From a virus (taxonomy: Duplodnaviria > Caudoviricetes), in IMG/VR virus record IMGVR_UViG_3300009873_000007, positions 1 to 64,000 of that record: a DNA stretch of 64,000 nucleotides; one strand, 5' to 3'. The translations under genes and the position numbers were made by a program. Positions 27,121-35,730 of the stretch are shown piece by piece. Every line of letters starts with the position of its first letter. The first letter of the stretch is position 1. The notes under the pieces are model-generated. The model did no database searches, was not told where the DNA came from, and was given only the letters and a program-made list of their open reading frames with translations.

Positions 27121-28658
27121 GATGGTACGAACGATGGTACAACCGTATATTTCCACGAGCCACACCGCCAGCGCCGCAAGCCGCTAATGTGTTGCGCCGC
27201 TTGCCGGGTGGTCGTACAAGTCGAGATACAGACAACTCATTCCTCACTCGCAACTGGGTTGTAGAGCCGCCACCTGATTATGATAGCAATTGGCGACTGA
27301 TTAACCTCGATACTCGTTACCTTGACCGGCTATCCCCAACAGAGTTGATTGATCTCCTGGCTGATTTCTCACCAGAGGTTAGCAAGGCACTGTGGGATTT
27401 CCTACGACTCTGCAATCCCGGTTGGGAGTTTCAGGCTGTGGGCGACGATGGGGAGACACAAGACGAGCGGGGCCAGGAGGCAACGCAATTGTTTCTCGAT
27501 ACGCTTGCTGATCTCTATGGCTCTACCGATGTCGTGTGGGGAAAACTCTTTTTCGGTGCGTTTTCTCGTGGGGCATTGTGCGCAGAGTTGGTACTAGATC
27601 GTCGTGGACGTGTACCGATTGACTTTGCCACACCCGACCCATACAGCATTCGCCATCGTCGTAAGAGTGACCCTGTTCGTGGTGAAATCTGGCAAGCGGG
27701 GCAATGGCAAGGCAACAATTTCATGCCGCTAGACATTCCCACGTTTCGCTATGTACCGATTGACCCTGGCTTTGGCGCTCCATACGGGCGACCGTTGGTG
27801 ATGCCAGCATTATTTACGACGTTATTTTTGCTAGGGATGCTGCATGACCTGAAACGTGTTATTCAGCAGCAAGGCTATCCACGGCTCGATATTTCTATCG
27901 ATACTGAACGCATGGCGACCATCAATCCTGCGATGGCAAGCGATTCAGCGGCGTTCAACACTTGGGCCAACGACATTGTTTCTCAAGTGACAGCGGCACT
28001 CGCACAACTTGACCCCGATGATACGTTCGTCCACACAGACCTATTGACCGTCAATCGGCCTGTGGGAACCGCCGATAGTGGTTCGTTAGGTGGCATTGAT
28101 GCTGTTATCAAAATGCTCGAACGCATGGCGGTGCGGGCGCTGAAAACAATGCCATTGATGTTGGGCATCACGGAAACAACTGGCGATGTGCAGAGCAACC
28201 GCCAATTTGAAATCTTCGCCGCCGGTATCAAGAGCATCCAACATTACGCTGAGACGATGATCGGGCGACTGTTGACGCTCGGACTTGAGGCGCAAGGCAT
28301 CCAGGCCAAAGTGATATTCACGTTTGCTGAGGTGCGGGCCAGCGAAGCCCTTCGAGACGCTCAGACCGAAGCCATGCAGATCGCCAACGCTGAAGCGAAA
28401 TACAAAGCCGGTTGGGTCAGTCAGGACGAAGCATCTGAGGAAATTACCGGCCATCCGGCAGACGCACCAGAGCCGAGATTGTTTGGCTTCGATAATCCTG
28501 CAATGGTGCAAGGTGATGGCGACGGGCAGGAACAAATGGATGATGAAACCGACGAGGCCGCTAACCGTGTGTTGTACCTGAATGAGATTCGAGCGGCACG
28601 TAATGATGTGGCGACGATGTTGGAGAGAATTGCGCTTAATGGCTATCACCCTGCCTGA
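27117..28658 (+). CDS. portal protein
   Basis: ~510 aa after terL; PYGRP and helical C-terminal pattern. Confidence 0.8.
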   Translation: MRWYERWYNRIFPRATPPAPQAANVLRRLPGGRTSRDTDNSFLTRNWVVEPPPDYDSNWRLINLDTRYLDRLSPTELIDLLADFSPEVSKALWDFLRLCNPGWEFQAVGDDGETQDERGQEATQLFLDTLADLYGSTDVVWGKLFFGAFSRGALCAELVLDRRGRVPIDFATPDPYSIRHRRKSDPVRGEIWQAGQWQGNNFMPLDIPTFRYVPIDPGFGAPYGRPLVMPALFTTLFLLGMLHDLKRVIQQQGYPRLDISIDTERMATINPAMASDSAAFNTWANDIVSQVTAALAQLDPDDTFVHTDLLTVNRPVGTADSGSLGGIDAVIKMLERMAVRALKTMPLMLGITETTGDVQSNRQFEIFAAGIKSIQHYAETMIGRLLTLGLEAQGIQAKVIFTFAEVRASEALRDAQTEAMQIANAEAKYKAGWVSQDEASEEITGHPADAPEPRLFGFDNPAMVQGDGDGQEQMDDETDEAANRVLYLNEIRAARNDVATMLERIALNGYHPA

Positions 28659-29463
28659 CGCCGCTTTTGCCGCCGGCCTAACCCGCCTCCACAGTGCGCT
28701 ATCCGCTCTGCTGGCTGTGGAGGTACGCCAGCTTGACGAGTTGACGCCGGAAGAAATCGCACTAGAAACGCAGTGGATTGCAGAGCTTGACCCGGTATTG
28801 ACCGATCTCTACTGGTGGCCGCTGCGCAATGGTGTACAGGAAGCGCCAGAGGATGAAGATAGCCTGAAGGAATGGCTACTAGCGGCATTCCTGCTAGGCG
28901 GTACTTCCACACTTCGTAACCTGCTGAGTCGCAATCAGCGACGGGGCGCAAACATCGGTGGGCGTGTGGGCCTGGAGTTGATGGGCATCGGCGGCGGATT
29001 TAGCTTACAGAATCGTGACTATCTGGACATTATCGATGCTCACGCTGCACAACTGACCACGCCGGGTGGTGACATGAGTCTGATTGACACAACAATCAAT
29101 CATTTGACTGTGGGAATCCCGCTAGCACGAGCCAACGAAGGTAACACCGTGCAGATGCTACAACGGATGATTGCCGGATGGGTAGCAGTGCGGGCGGTGA
29201 ACATTACAGTCACTGAGTTATCACGGTCATTTGCACGTGGTTTGAACTGGGTATACCGGCGCAACAATGTAGCACAGCAGATATTTCAAACTAGGCAAGA
29301 TGATAGGGTTTGCCGTCTATGTTTGCCGCTGCATGGCCGTATTATGCCGGTGAACAATATTCCGCTCGAATTGCTTGTTCCTATCCATGCCGGTTGCCGG
29401 TGTGGATATGTCCCGTACACTGAAGGATGGTCGCAACCTGAGCAGATTTGGCGAGGTGAGTAA
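28639..29463 (+). CDS. MuF-like minor head protein
   Basis: DDRVCRLCLPLHGR...HAGCRC. Confidence 0.85.
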   Translation: MAITLPDAAFAAGLTRLHSALSALLAVEVRQLDELTPEEIALETQWIAELDPVLTDLYWWPLRNGVQEAPEDEDSLKEWLLAAFLLGGTSTLRNLLSRNQRRGANIGGRVGLELMGIGGGFSLQNRDYLDIIDAHAAQLTTPGGDMSLIDTTINHLTVGIPLARANEGNTVQMLQRMIAGWVAVRAVNITVTELSRSFARGLNWVYRRNNVAQQIFQTRQDDRVCRLCLPLHGRIMPVNNIPLELLVPIHAGCRCGYVPYTEGWSQPEQIWRGE

Positions 29464-29702
29464 TGCAATGGACTACGGAAACACCAACGCAGAATGGTAT
29501 GTACTGCGCTAGACTTGTAACCAGTGGTGGCGATTATTTATATGTTGTTCATATCGTGCATATGGATGGTCAAATCTACGCAATTGACACAAACAAACGC
29601 ATGTTTTCGCTTAATTCATTTTCGGCTTGGCTAGGGCCACTGCCGCCTGAATCGCAACCGGGCAACAAACCACCTAATCCACGCCATGCGCAGCCGCTAT
29701 AG
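29463..29702 (+). CDS. hypothetical protein (WT.ETPT..G...WLGPLP family)
   Basis: Resembles 6998..7291. Confidence 0.6.
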   Translation: MQWTTETPTQNGMYCARLVTSGGDYLYVVHIVHMDGQIYAIDTNKRMFSLNSFSAWLGPLPPESQPGNKPPNPRHAQPL

Positions 29703-29714
29703 GAATTTGACATA

Positions 29715-29924
29715 ATGACGCAACCGGTATTGACTAACGTAAAAAAATCTACTATACTTATTGTCAACGAAGCGGCTGAAACCGTAACGCTATCGCTGGA
29801 CTATATTAAGATGCGCCACGATCAAGCGGTGGCAGAGGCGCAATTCTGGCGTAAGCTGATGGGGTTGGAACCGTTGCCAACCGGAGCAATGCAGCGTAGG
29901 ACAGCGAAGCAGGTGAATCGTTAA
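29715..29924 (+). CDS. hypothetical protein
   Basis: ORF; start uncertain because a promoter lies inside its 5' end. Confidence 0.5.
   Translation: MTQPVLTNVKKSTILIVNEAAETVTLSLDYIKMRHDQAVAEAQFWRKLMGLEPLPTGAMQRRTAKQVNR
29730..29758 (+). promoter_or_regulatory. sigma70-type promoter
   Basis: TTGACT-17 nt-TATACT. Confidence 0.65.
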
Positions 29925-29928
29925 TTAT

Positions 29929-30060
29929 GTTGTCTGTAGCTCAGAAGCAGAGCAGTCGCCTACCGGCGATGATACACGCAACGTCAGGTTGACATCTGGC
30001 CGAGAAAACGTGTAACCGCAAGTCAAAGCGGTGGCGCTAGTGCAAATCTAGCTGGACAGC
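29929..30060 (+). ncRNA. tRNA-like RNA with expanded central region
   Basis: Acceptor-like stem, TA-GCTC/GAGC D arm, GCTAG-TGCAAAT-CTAGC T arm; no canonical anticodon loop or CCA. Confidence 0.55.
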
Positions 30061-30076
30061 CTCAAAAAATTAAATA

Positions 30077-30139
30077 TTACGCCTAGAGCGTTCCGTTGAT
30101 AAGGCGAGCATCGATTTAGTTCGATGTCTCGCCTTTTTT
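30077..30139 (+). promoter_or_regulatory. antiterminator/terminator element, copy 1
   Basis: CGCCT-AG-AGCG-ttc-CGTT-GATA-AGGCG overlaps terminator stem AAGGCGAGCATCGA/TCGATGTCTCGCCTT plus T6. Confidence 0.75.
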
Positions 30140-30152
30140 GTTACCCGAAATT

Positions 30153-31355
30153 ATGACCATGAACGACGTTTCAGAACTCACATTTCCCTATCCGGCTCGT
30201 GTGTTGCGTGTGGATGTAGCGACACGAGCAACCGATTTGCTATCACTGGCGAAATCGCAAAGCGCCTTTGATCCATCCATTTTCGATGAACGAGCGCCTT
30301 TTTTCTGGACTGCCGAGATCAGCAACGACCAGATCGACTACTATTTCACCCACATGCTCGATAGTACGTTGGAAAACTTCGCCGCCGATGCCCGTTCCGG
30401 TGTCGCCTTTCAAAATAGCCATAACGTGCGAGAGTTGCCGCTTGGCCGAAGCCTGGATAGCCGCATTGAGACTGAAACTAACCGCAAGCGGGTAATGGTG
30501 GATTTTTATACGCTTGCCGGTCTGCGATTGAACGATGTCAGCACCGATGATTTCATTGCTGGCGTGCGCAGTGGCATCGTATCGGATGTTTCTGTTGGGT
30601 TCGGCGGTGGGAAGCATTTCTGCGATATTTGTCGCTCCAACTATCTGAGTTGGGATTGCCCACACGTTGCCGGCATGACCTATGACGTGAAAGACGCTGG
30701 CAGTGTGGTTGCTACTGTGAGTATTGATGGCGCACGATTGCACGAGGTCAGCGCCGTCTATGAGGGTGCTACACCTGACGCAACGATTGTCAAGGCACAA
30801 CGCATGGCAGAGGCGGGCGAACTCCGACCCGAAGCCGTGCAAGTGTTGGAAGCTAGATACCGAATGCGATTACCGGCTAAACGAACATTCGCCGGGGTTG
30901 ATGTACCAAAAAAGGATGAACCAATGGACTTTGAAACAATTGTGAATCAAGTGCGTGAGGCGCTCAGTGTTCCCGCCGATGGCGATGTGGTTGCCACTGT
31001 CACCGGCATCACTGGCGAGTTGGCGCAGTTGCGCACGGCCAAAGAAGCCGCCGATCAACGAATTCGCACACTCGAAACTGAGGCCGCCGATGGCCGTCAG
31101 TATCGCACAGATTTGGTGGCTGAAACGCTGGCGGAGGGCGTGCGAGCCTACGGTGATAAGTTCGAGCGGGCGACGTATGAGGAGCTTTTGAAAACAGCCT
31201 CACTGACCGTCATCAAGCGGATGAAAGCCGACTGGCAGAGTGTGGGCGACGAACGGTTCAGCGGTGGCCGCAAGAGCAATGATAACGGCGATGCGCCTGT
31301 CAAGTCGCAAAGCAAACAGGCCGCTCGTGTTCCGAATGCAGCGTACAAGGCGTGA
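30153..31355 (+). CDS. prohead protease/scaffold fusion
   Basis: VSDVSVGF, C..C, LHEVSAVYEGA protease-like motifs; coiled C-terminus. Confidence 0.8.
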   Translation: MTMNDVSELTFPYPARVLRVDVATRATDLLSLAKSQSAFDPSIFDERAPFFWTAEISNDQIDYYFTHMLDSTLENFAADARSGVAFQNSHNVRELPLGRSLDSRIETETNRKRVMVDFYTLAGLRLNDVSTDDFIAGVRSGIVSDVSVGFGGGKHFCDICRSNYLSWDCPHVAGMTYDVKDAGSVVATVSIDGARLHEVSAVYEGATPDATIVKAQRMAEAGELRPEAVQVLEARYRMRLPAKRTFAGVDVPKKDEPMDFETIVNQVREALSVPADGDVVATVTGITGELAQLRTAKEAADQRIRTLETEAADGRQYRTDLVAETLAEGVRAYGDKFERATYEELLKTASLTVIKRMKADWQSVGDERFSGGRKSNDNGDAPVKSQSKQAARVPNAAYKA

Positions 31356-31364
31356 GGTGATGAG

Positions 31365-31868
31365 ATGAAACAAAAATTCTACGTTGCTGGATTTGTGGCT
31401 TTTGCGCTGCTGAGTGCGTTGCTGCTGTCTGTGATGCTCACCGGCTCGACTGTAGCTCAGTCGGACGTGAGCAATTACGATAATGTGCGCACGTCGGGCT
31501 ATGTCATTGCCGGTACTACCGTCACTGCCGGTACGGATGTTATCGCCGGGGATGATGTGACGTTGGGCGGCCATCTAGGTATGACTCCGGCCACGACTAT
31601 CACCGTAGGCTATCAAGGCACGATTACACCCACCGGCGGACTGCAATATCTCACTAGCACTGCCAATCGTGGCACTCGCCTGGTGGTAACTACGACGTTG
31701 ACCGCCGGGACGATTCAGGCATTTTACAACAGTGGTTCCAACACAATCACACTGACTGACACAGCGCCGTTGGTGCTGGGCGGCAATGCTGCTCTTGGGC
31801 CTGGCGATACGTTAGTTCTGTTTCACAACGGTACGTCTTGGGTTCAGTTGAGCAAGACAGATAATTAG
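31365..31868 (+). CDS. beta-rich protein with signal peptide or TM anchor
   Basis: MKQKFYVAGFVAFALLSALLLSVML...AQS; T/G-rich body. Confidence 0.75.
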   Translation: MKQKFYVAGFVAFALLSALLLSVMLTGSTVAQSDVSNYDNVRTSGYVIAGTTVTAGTDVIAGDDVTLGGHLGMTPATTITVGYQGTITPTGGLQYLTSTANRGTRLVVTTTLTAGTIQAFYNSGSNTITLTDTAPLVLGGNAALGPGDTLVLFHNGTSWVQLSKTDN

Positions 31869-31884
31869 TTCAGGAGCAATCACA

Positions 31885-32310
31885 ATGGCAGACCCTAGAG
31901 CGACTACGACGGTAGTCGGCATCGGCTACGAAGCCGAAACTTATCCGCACGATAATACCATCGTGTACAGTGCCACCACAGCCGGTGGATCAGCGCAGGT
32001 TGGCTTGGCTGTGACCATCGAAGCCAGCAATGCCGTATCGCTGGTTGGCGATGGCGAGAACGTGCTTGGCAAGTTGATCAAAGTCGAAAGCGACGGTCTG
32101 TGCGTCGTGCAAACCGGCGGCCACATGACCCTGCCAGGTGGCGACGGCGCTACGTTGACCGCTGGCCTGAAGATCGTAGGCGATCTTGGTGCGGCAAACG
32201 CTGAAGGCTACATCCAAGCCGTTAGCACGCAGGACACGGTATCTCGTGGCATGATTATCGATTCCTCCACCTCAACCGCTGTGGTTGTGCGTATGGAACG
32301 GGCAGCGTAA
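31885..32310 (+). CDS. head decoration/cement protein
   Basis: Small G/A/V-rich protein directly before the capsid gene. Confidence 0.7.
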   Translation: MADPRATTTVVGIGYEAETYPHDNTIVYSATTAGGSAQVGLAVTIEASNAVSLVGDGENVLGKLIKVESDGLCVVQTGGHMTLPGGDGATLTAGLKIVGDLGAANAEGYIQAVSTQDTVSRGMIIDSSTSTAVVVRMERAA

Positions 32311-32325
32311 GAGGAGATTAGCAGA

Positions 32326-33570
32326 ATGGATACACAAGTTACCACGTTGGGTACTCGTGAACTGTGGGAACAGTTTGAGAAGAACCCGCTGAATGTTTAC
32401 ACCGATGTCGCTGTGCGGATGAAAGATGCTGGCATTGAGGAAGCGCCTACGCTCAGCCGTGCGTTGGAAGAAGTTAGCCCGACCGAAAAAGGCGACAATC
32501 TGGATGCGTTCGAGCGTCTCTTGCAAGAGGCTGGTATTCGCACCCACAGCGACCCGACCGCCGGATACTGGGCCAGCAATGCCGGTGTGTTTGCCAAGTC
32601 GCCCGGTACTCGTGCGTTGCTGACTGAGTTCTACGCCCGCAACTGGCGCAAGGTTAGCTACGGCATCAGCAACCGCAACGAACGTGCGATTCTGCTGAGT
32701 AGCGATAGCGTGGTTGGTTCGTTTGACCGCCCATACGCTGACGCCATGACGCCTCGTGAAAGCCAAAAGGTTGAACCGGCGATCCCGCTAAGCGAGCTGG
32801 TTGCGATGACCACCGCCATCGATGGCGATGCGTTTCGCAGCTACTACCTGACCTATAGTGCCGCTAACCTGCGCCAAGTGCGTGTGGGTGAGAGCGCCGA
32901 AATTCCTATCGCCACAATCACAGGTAGCGAGCATACCATTCGCCTGAAGAAATACGGGCGTGGTCTGCGAGCGTCCTATGAGGATTTGCGTCGCCTGCGT
33001 GTGGATAAGCTCGCTCGTTTCATTCAGTGGCAAGCCGTGCAGAGCGAGATTGATAAAGTCGTGGCCGCTATGGATGTGATCATCAATGGCGACGGCAATT
33101 CTAGCACCGCTGCGACTGAAACTGACATCACCACACTGGATAGCAGCGCCACGAACGATGTGCTGACGCTCAAAGGTTGGCTGGCATTTAAAATGCTGTT
33201 TGCGCAGCCGTATGTGCTGACCACAGCCTTGATGCGGTCTGATGTGGCACTGCAACTGGCAATGCTCAACACTGGTTCGGCTAACGTACCGTTGGTGAGT
33301 GTCAATCTTGGCGGCTTGGGCGTTGGTGCTACGCCGATCAATCGCTTCGCTGATAACGTGCGCTATGGCTGGCTGAGTGATGCGCCGGCCAACAAGATCG
33401 TGGCATTCGACAATCGCTTCGCCCTGGAACGTGTCACCGAGATCGGTTCAGAAATCACCGAAATGGAGCGGTACATCACCAACCAAACGCAGGTGATGGT
33501 TGTCTCCGAGGTGGAAGGGTACGGGGTAATGGATCCCAACGCTTCCCGAATCCTTGACGTTGCCAATTAG
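32326..33570 (+). CDS. major capsid protein (HK97 fold expected)
   Basis: 414 aa; VGESAEIP, LKKYGRGL..SYE, position in head module. Confidence 0.88.
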   Translation: MDTQVTTLGTRELWEQFEKNPLNVYTDVAVRMKDAGIEEAPTLSRALEEVSPTEKGDNLDAFERLLQEAGIRTHSDPTAGYWASNAGVFAKSPGTRALLTEFYARNWRKVSYGISNRNERAILLSSDSVVGSFDRPYADAMTPRESQKVEPAIPLSELVAMTTAIDGDAFRSYYLTYSAANLRQVRVGESAEIPIATITGSEHTIRLKKYGRGLRASYEDLRRLRVDKLARFIQWQAVQSEIDKVVAAMDVIINGDGNSSTAATETDITTLDSSATNDVLTLKGWLAFKMLFAQPYVLTTALMRSDVALQLAMLNTGSANVPLVSVNLGGLGVGATPINRFADNVRYGWLSDAPANKIVAFDNRFALERVTEIGSEITEMERYITNQTQVMVVSEVEGYGVMDPNASRILDVAN

Positions 33571-33572
33571 CC

Positions 33573-34232
33573 TTACGGTCTAGGGATATGACACCAAGAT
33601 TTACCGGCGACGATACTATGAATGGTTCCAGGGTTTACACCAAATTCACGAGCGAGAGCGGATTGACGTTCGCCTTGTTTCAATCGCTGAAGAATTTCAG
33701 TAACCTTGCTATCGTTCAGTATGCGCACGGCATCGGTAAATGTTACGGCTGGGCGTGCGATGTGCGCCCATGTTTCACCTCGGCAAATTTCGCCAATGGA
33801 TTGAGACAACAAGCCGTAATGATTAGCGATTTCTTGGTAAGAGTATCCACGGTTGCGCAAATCAAGGATTTCAAGCACCTGTGTTTCGGTCAGCCTAGAA
33901 TTGCCATGCTTTTCACCACGGCAAGCAAGTTCAATGCCGCCATTGCGCATTCTGCCCTTTTTTGCTGCATCAGCTATGTTGTCAGCCGGTGTACCAAGAA
34001 ACAAATGATCGGGGCGAACACAAGCGGGGATGTCACAATGATGACAAACGCACAATCCGTCAGGGATAGTGCCAAAGTGCAATTTCCAACTGAAGCGGTG
34101 TACGAGTTGGGTACGTCCATTAACTCGCATTTGTCCGTGACCGAATGGCATAGTGCATCCAGTCCAGAGCCAACAAGTGTCGGTCTTGTTGACCTTATTC
34201 CAGAATCTTACTTCGGGAGATGGGTGGGCCAT
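33573..34232 (-). CDS. HNH endonuclease with C-terminal HTH domains, antisense
   Basis: RFWNKV..TDTCWLWTG, VHRFSW, VCHHCD.PACVRPDHLFLGT..DN; GGAG SD. Confidence 0.92.
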   Translation of the reverse strand: MAHPSPEVRFWNKVNKTDTCWLWTGCTMPFGHGQMRVNGRTQLVHRFSWKLHFGTIPDGLCVCHHCDIPACVRPDHLFLGTPADNIADAAKKGRMRNGGIELACRGEKHGNSRLTETQVLEILDLRNRGYSYQEIANHYGLLSQSIGEICRGETWAHIARPAVTFTDAVRILNDSKVTEILQRLKQGERQSALAREFGVNPGTIHSIVAGKSWCHIPRP

Positions 34233-34315
34233 ATTTGTTCTCCAATCAAAAAGTCCTTTGCCGGCATCCAAGCGTTTGTGTCGAGCAAGCGCATAGATCA
34301 GCAAAGGACAATGAA

Positions 34316-34344
34316 AGCATATCCTAGATATGCTTGGATGACAA
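34316..34344 (-). promoter_or_regulatory. promoter for the antisense HNH gene
   Basis: TTGTCA-17 nt-TATGCT, flanked by two interleaved inverted-repeat pairs. Confidence 0.55.
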
Positions 34345-34387
34345 ATACGCTTGCTCGACAGGTGTATTGTACCACAGAAGGGGGCGT

Positions 34388-34669
34388 ATGAGCGAATTTG
34401 TAACCGTGAAATCCGCTAGTCGAGATGATCGGGTAGCTCTGTGGGAGTCGAATACCGATCATCCTAATGGCGAGGCGTTTATTGTCGGCAATGGCAAGAC
34501 GCACAAGGTTGCGTTGACCGCCGCTGTACAGCAACGCCTCAACGCTGGCGTGCTTGTGGAAGTCAAGACGAAGATCGTTGAAGCCGTTGCCGAGACTGTC
34601 ACTGAGGCTGTGGAAGCCGCTACCGATGCTGTGACTAAACCGACTAGCCGCAAGCGCAAGGCTGACTAA
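34388..34669 (+). CDS. small capsid-adjacent protein
   Basis: AAGGGGG SD; basic tail RKRKAD. Confidence 0.7.
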   Translation: MSEFVTVKSASRDDRVALWESNTDHPNGEAFIVGNGKTHKVALTAAVQQRLNAGVLVEVKTKIVEAVAETVTEAVEAATDAVTKPTSRKRKAD

Positions 34670-35079
34670 TGGCTGCTGTGACACTGACAGTATCGGATTT
34701 TATCTATCCACAAGGCGAGCTACAGCCTGCGATGTTTCCGACCGCTGGCGAGTTGCAAGCCAATCTTGCACAGTGGCTAGATGAGGCTGCCGGTAAATCC
34801 GCCATTACGTCGCTATCCACTGCTGACGAAGCCAACACCGCTGCAACGCACTGGGTTCTCTACCGTGCCTATGCTGCGGTGGCGCAGCGTATCGCTCTAC
34901 AGCCGTCCAGCGAAAGCCGTGGGGATGTGGATCGTAGCTGGGGGCAGGGTCGCATCGATTATTTCAGCGGCCTATCGGCGGCACACAAAGCTAGTTTTGA
35001 TGGTCTGGTAACGGTCACAGGAACGGCTACCGGCATGGCATTGTTCACAGTGGCAAAGGCAAACCGTCTCAATGGGTGA
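34669..35079 (+). CDS. head-tail adaptor
   Basis: Size and position; SESRGDV..SW pattern. Confidence 0.7.
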   Translation: MAAVTLTVSDFIYPQGELQPAMFPTAGELQANLAQWLDEAAGKSAITSLSTADEANTAATHWVLYRAYAAVAQRIALQPSSESRGDVDRSWGQGRIDYFSGLSAAHKASFDGLVTVTGTATGMALFTVAKANRLNG

Positions 35080-35581
35080 ATCTGCCTGGGTTGATACCGA
35101 TGCAGCGTTGGTCGCACTGTTTGACGAGCATATGGGCAATAGTAGCGATTACACAACACTACAGGTTCAATACGTCGCTTCCCTAATCGGCATGGATGTG
35201 ACCGACTGGGATACGTGGGCGACCGAAGGCAAGCTGCCTGCGATCATCGTGCAAGGTCGCTTCACACGTCCACAGCAGCGGGAACATGGCACAATGTTTA
35301 CATCACCGCTACATATCGCCAAAGAGTATCAGTATATCGTTGGTGCTGTGGTTGAGGGTGATAGGCAAACTGCTGAACAGTATGCCAAGATTCTCGTCAA
35401 GCGCATCGAAAAAGTTGTGTTGACAGAGAAGAAAGTTAATGTCACTGATAGCAACGGCGAGCAGGTGCAACGCATCCAGCTTGACGGGCCAACCGGCATC
35501 CATCCATTTAGGAAAGCCGACAGCGATAACCGCTGGTATGCTGTGGGCGCTGTGGGTCTAGTAGCAAAGACAACGACTTAA
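35072..35581 (+). CDS. tail terminator-like protein
   Basis: Position before the tail tube; PAIIV...Y pattern. Confidence 0.6.
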   Translation: MGESAWVDTDAALVALFDEHMGNSSDYTTLQVQYVASLIGMDVTDWDTWATEGKLPAIIVQGRFTRPQQREHGTMFTSPLHIAKEYQYIVGAVVEGDRQTAEQYAKILVKRIEKVVLTEKKVNVTDSNGEQVQRIQLDGPTGIHPFRKADSDNRWYAVGAVGLVAKTTT

Positions 35582-35605
35582 CAATAAGTCGCTTAACAAT
35601 AACAA

Positions 35606-35720
35606 ATCACGCCTAGAACGAACACGTTGACAAGGCGACATGGTAGCCTAAAGGCTGCTTTGTCTTCCTTTGATGCAGGCGACAGGTAGCAAATCGCTAC
35701 TATGTCGCCTGTTTCATTTG
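35606..35720 (+). promoter_or_regulatory. antiterminator/terminator element, copy 2 (two downstream hairpins)
   Basis: CGCCT-AG-AACG-aaca-CGTT-GACA-AGGCG, then two related AGGCGACA-GGTAGC hairpins. Confidence 0.7.
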
Positions 35721-35730
35721 GAGGACTCGC

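Noticed and set aside
33588-34391. 267-aa plus-strand ORF after the capsid gene
   Set aside because: It is the antisense shadow of a clear HNH gene, has no recognisable motifs, and the capsid gene ends naturally at 33570.
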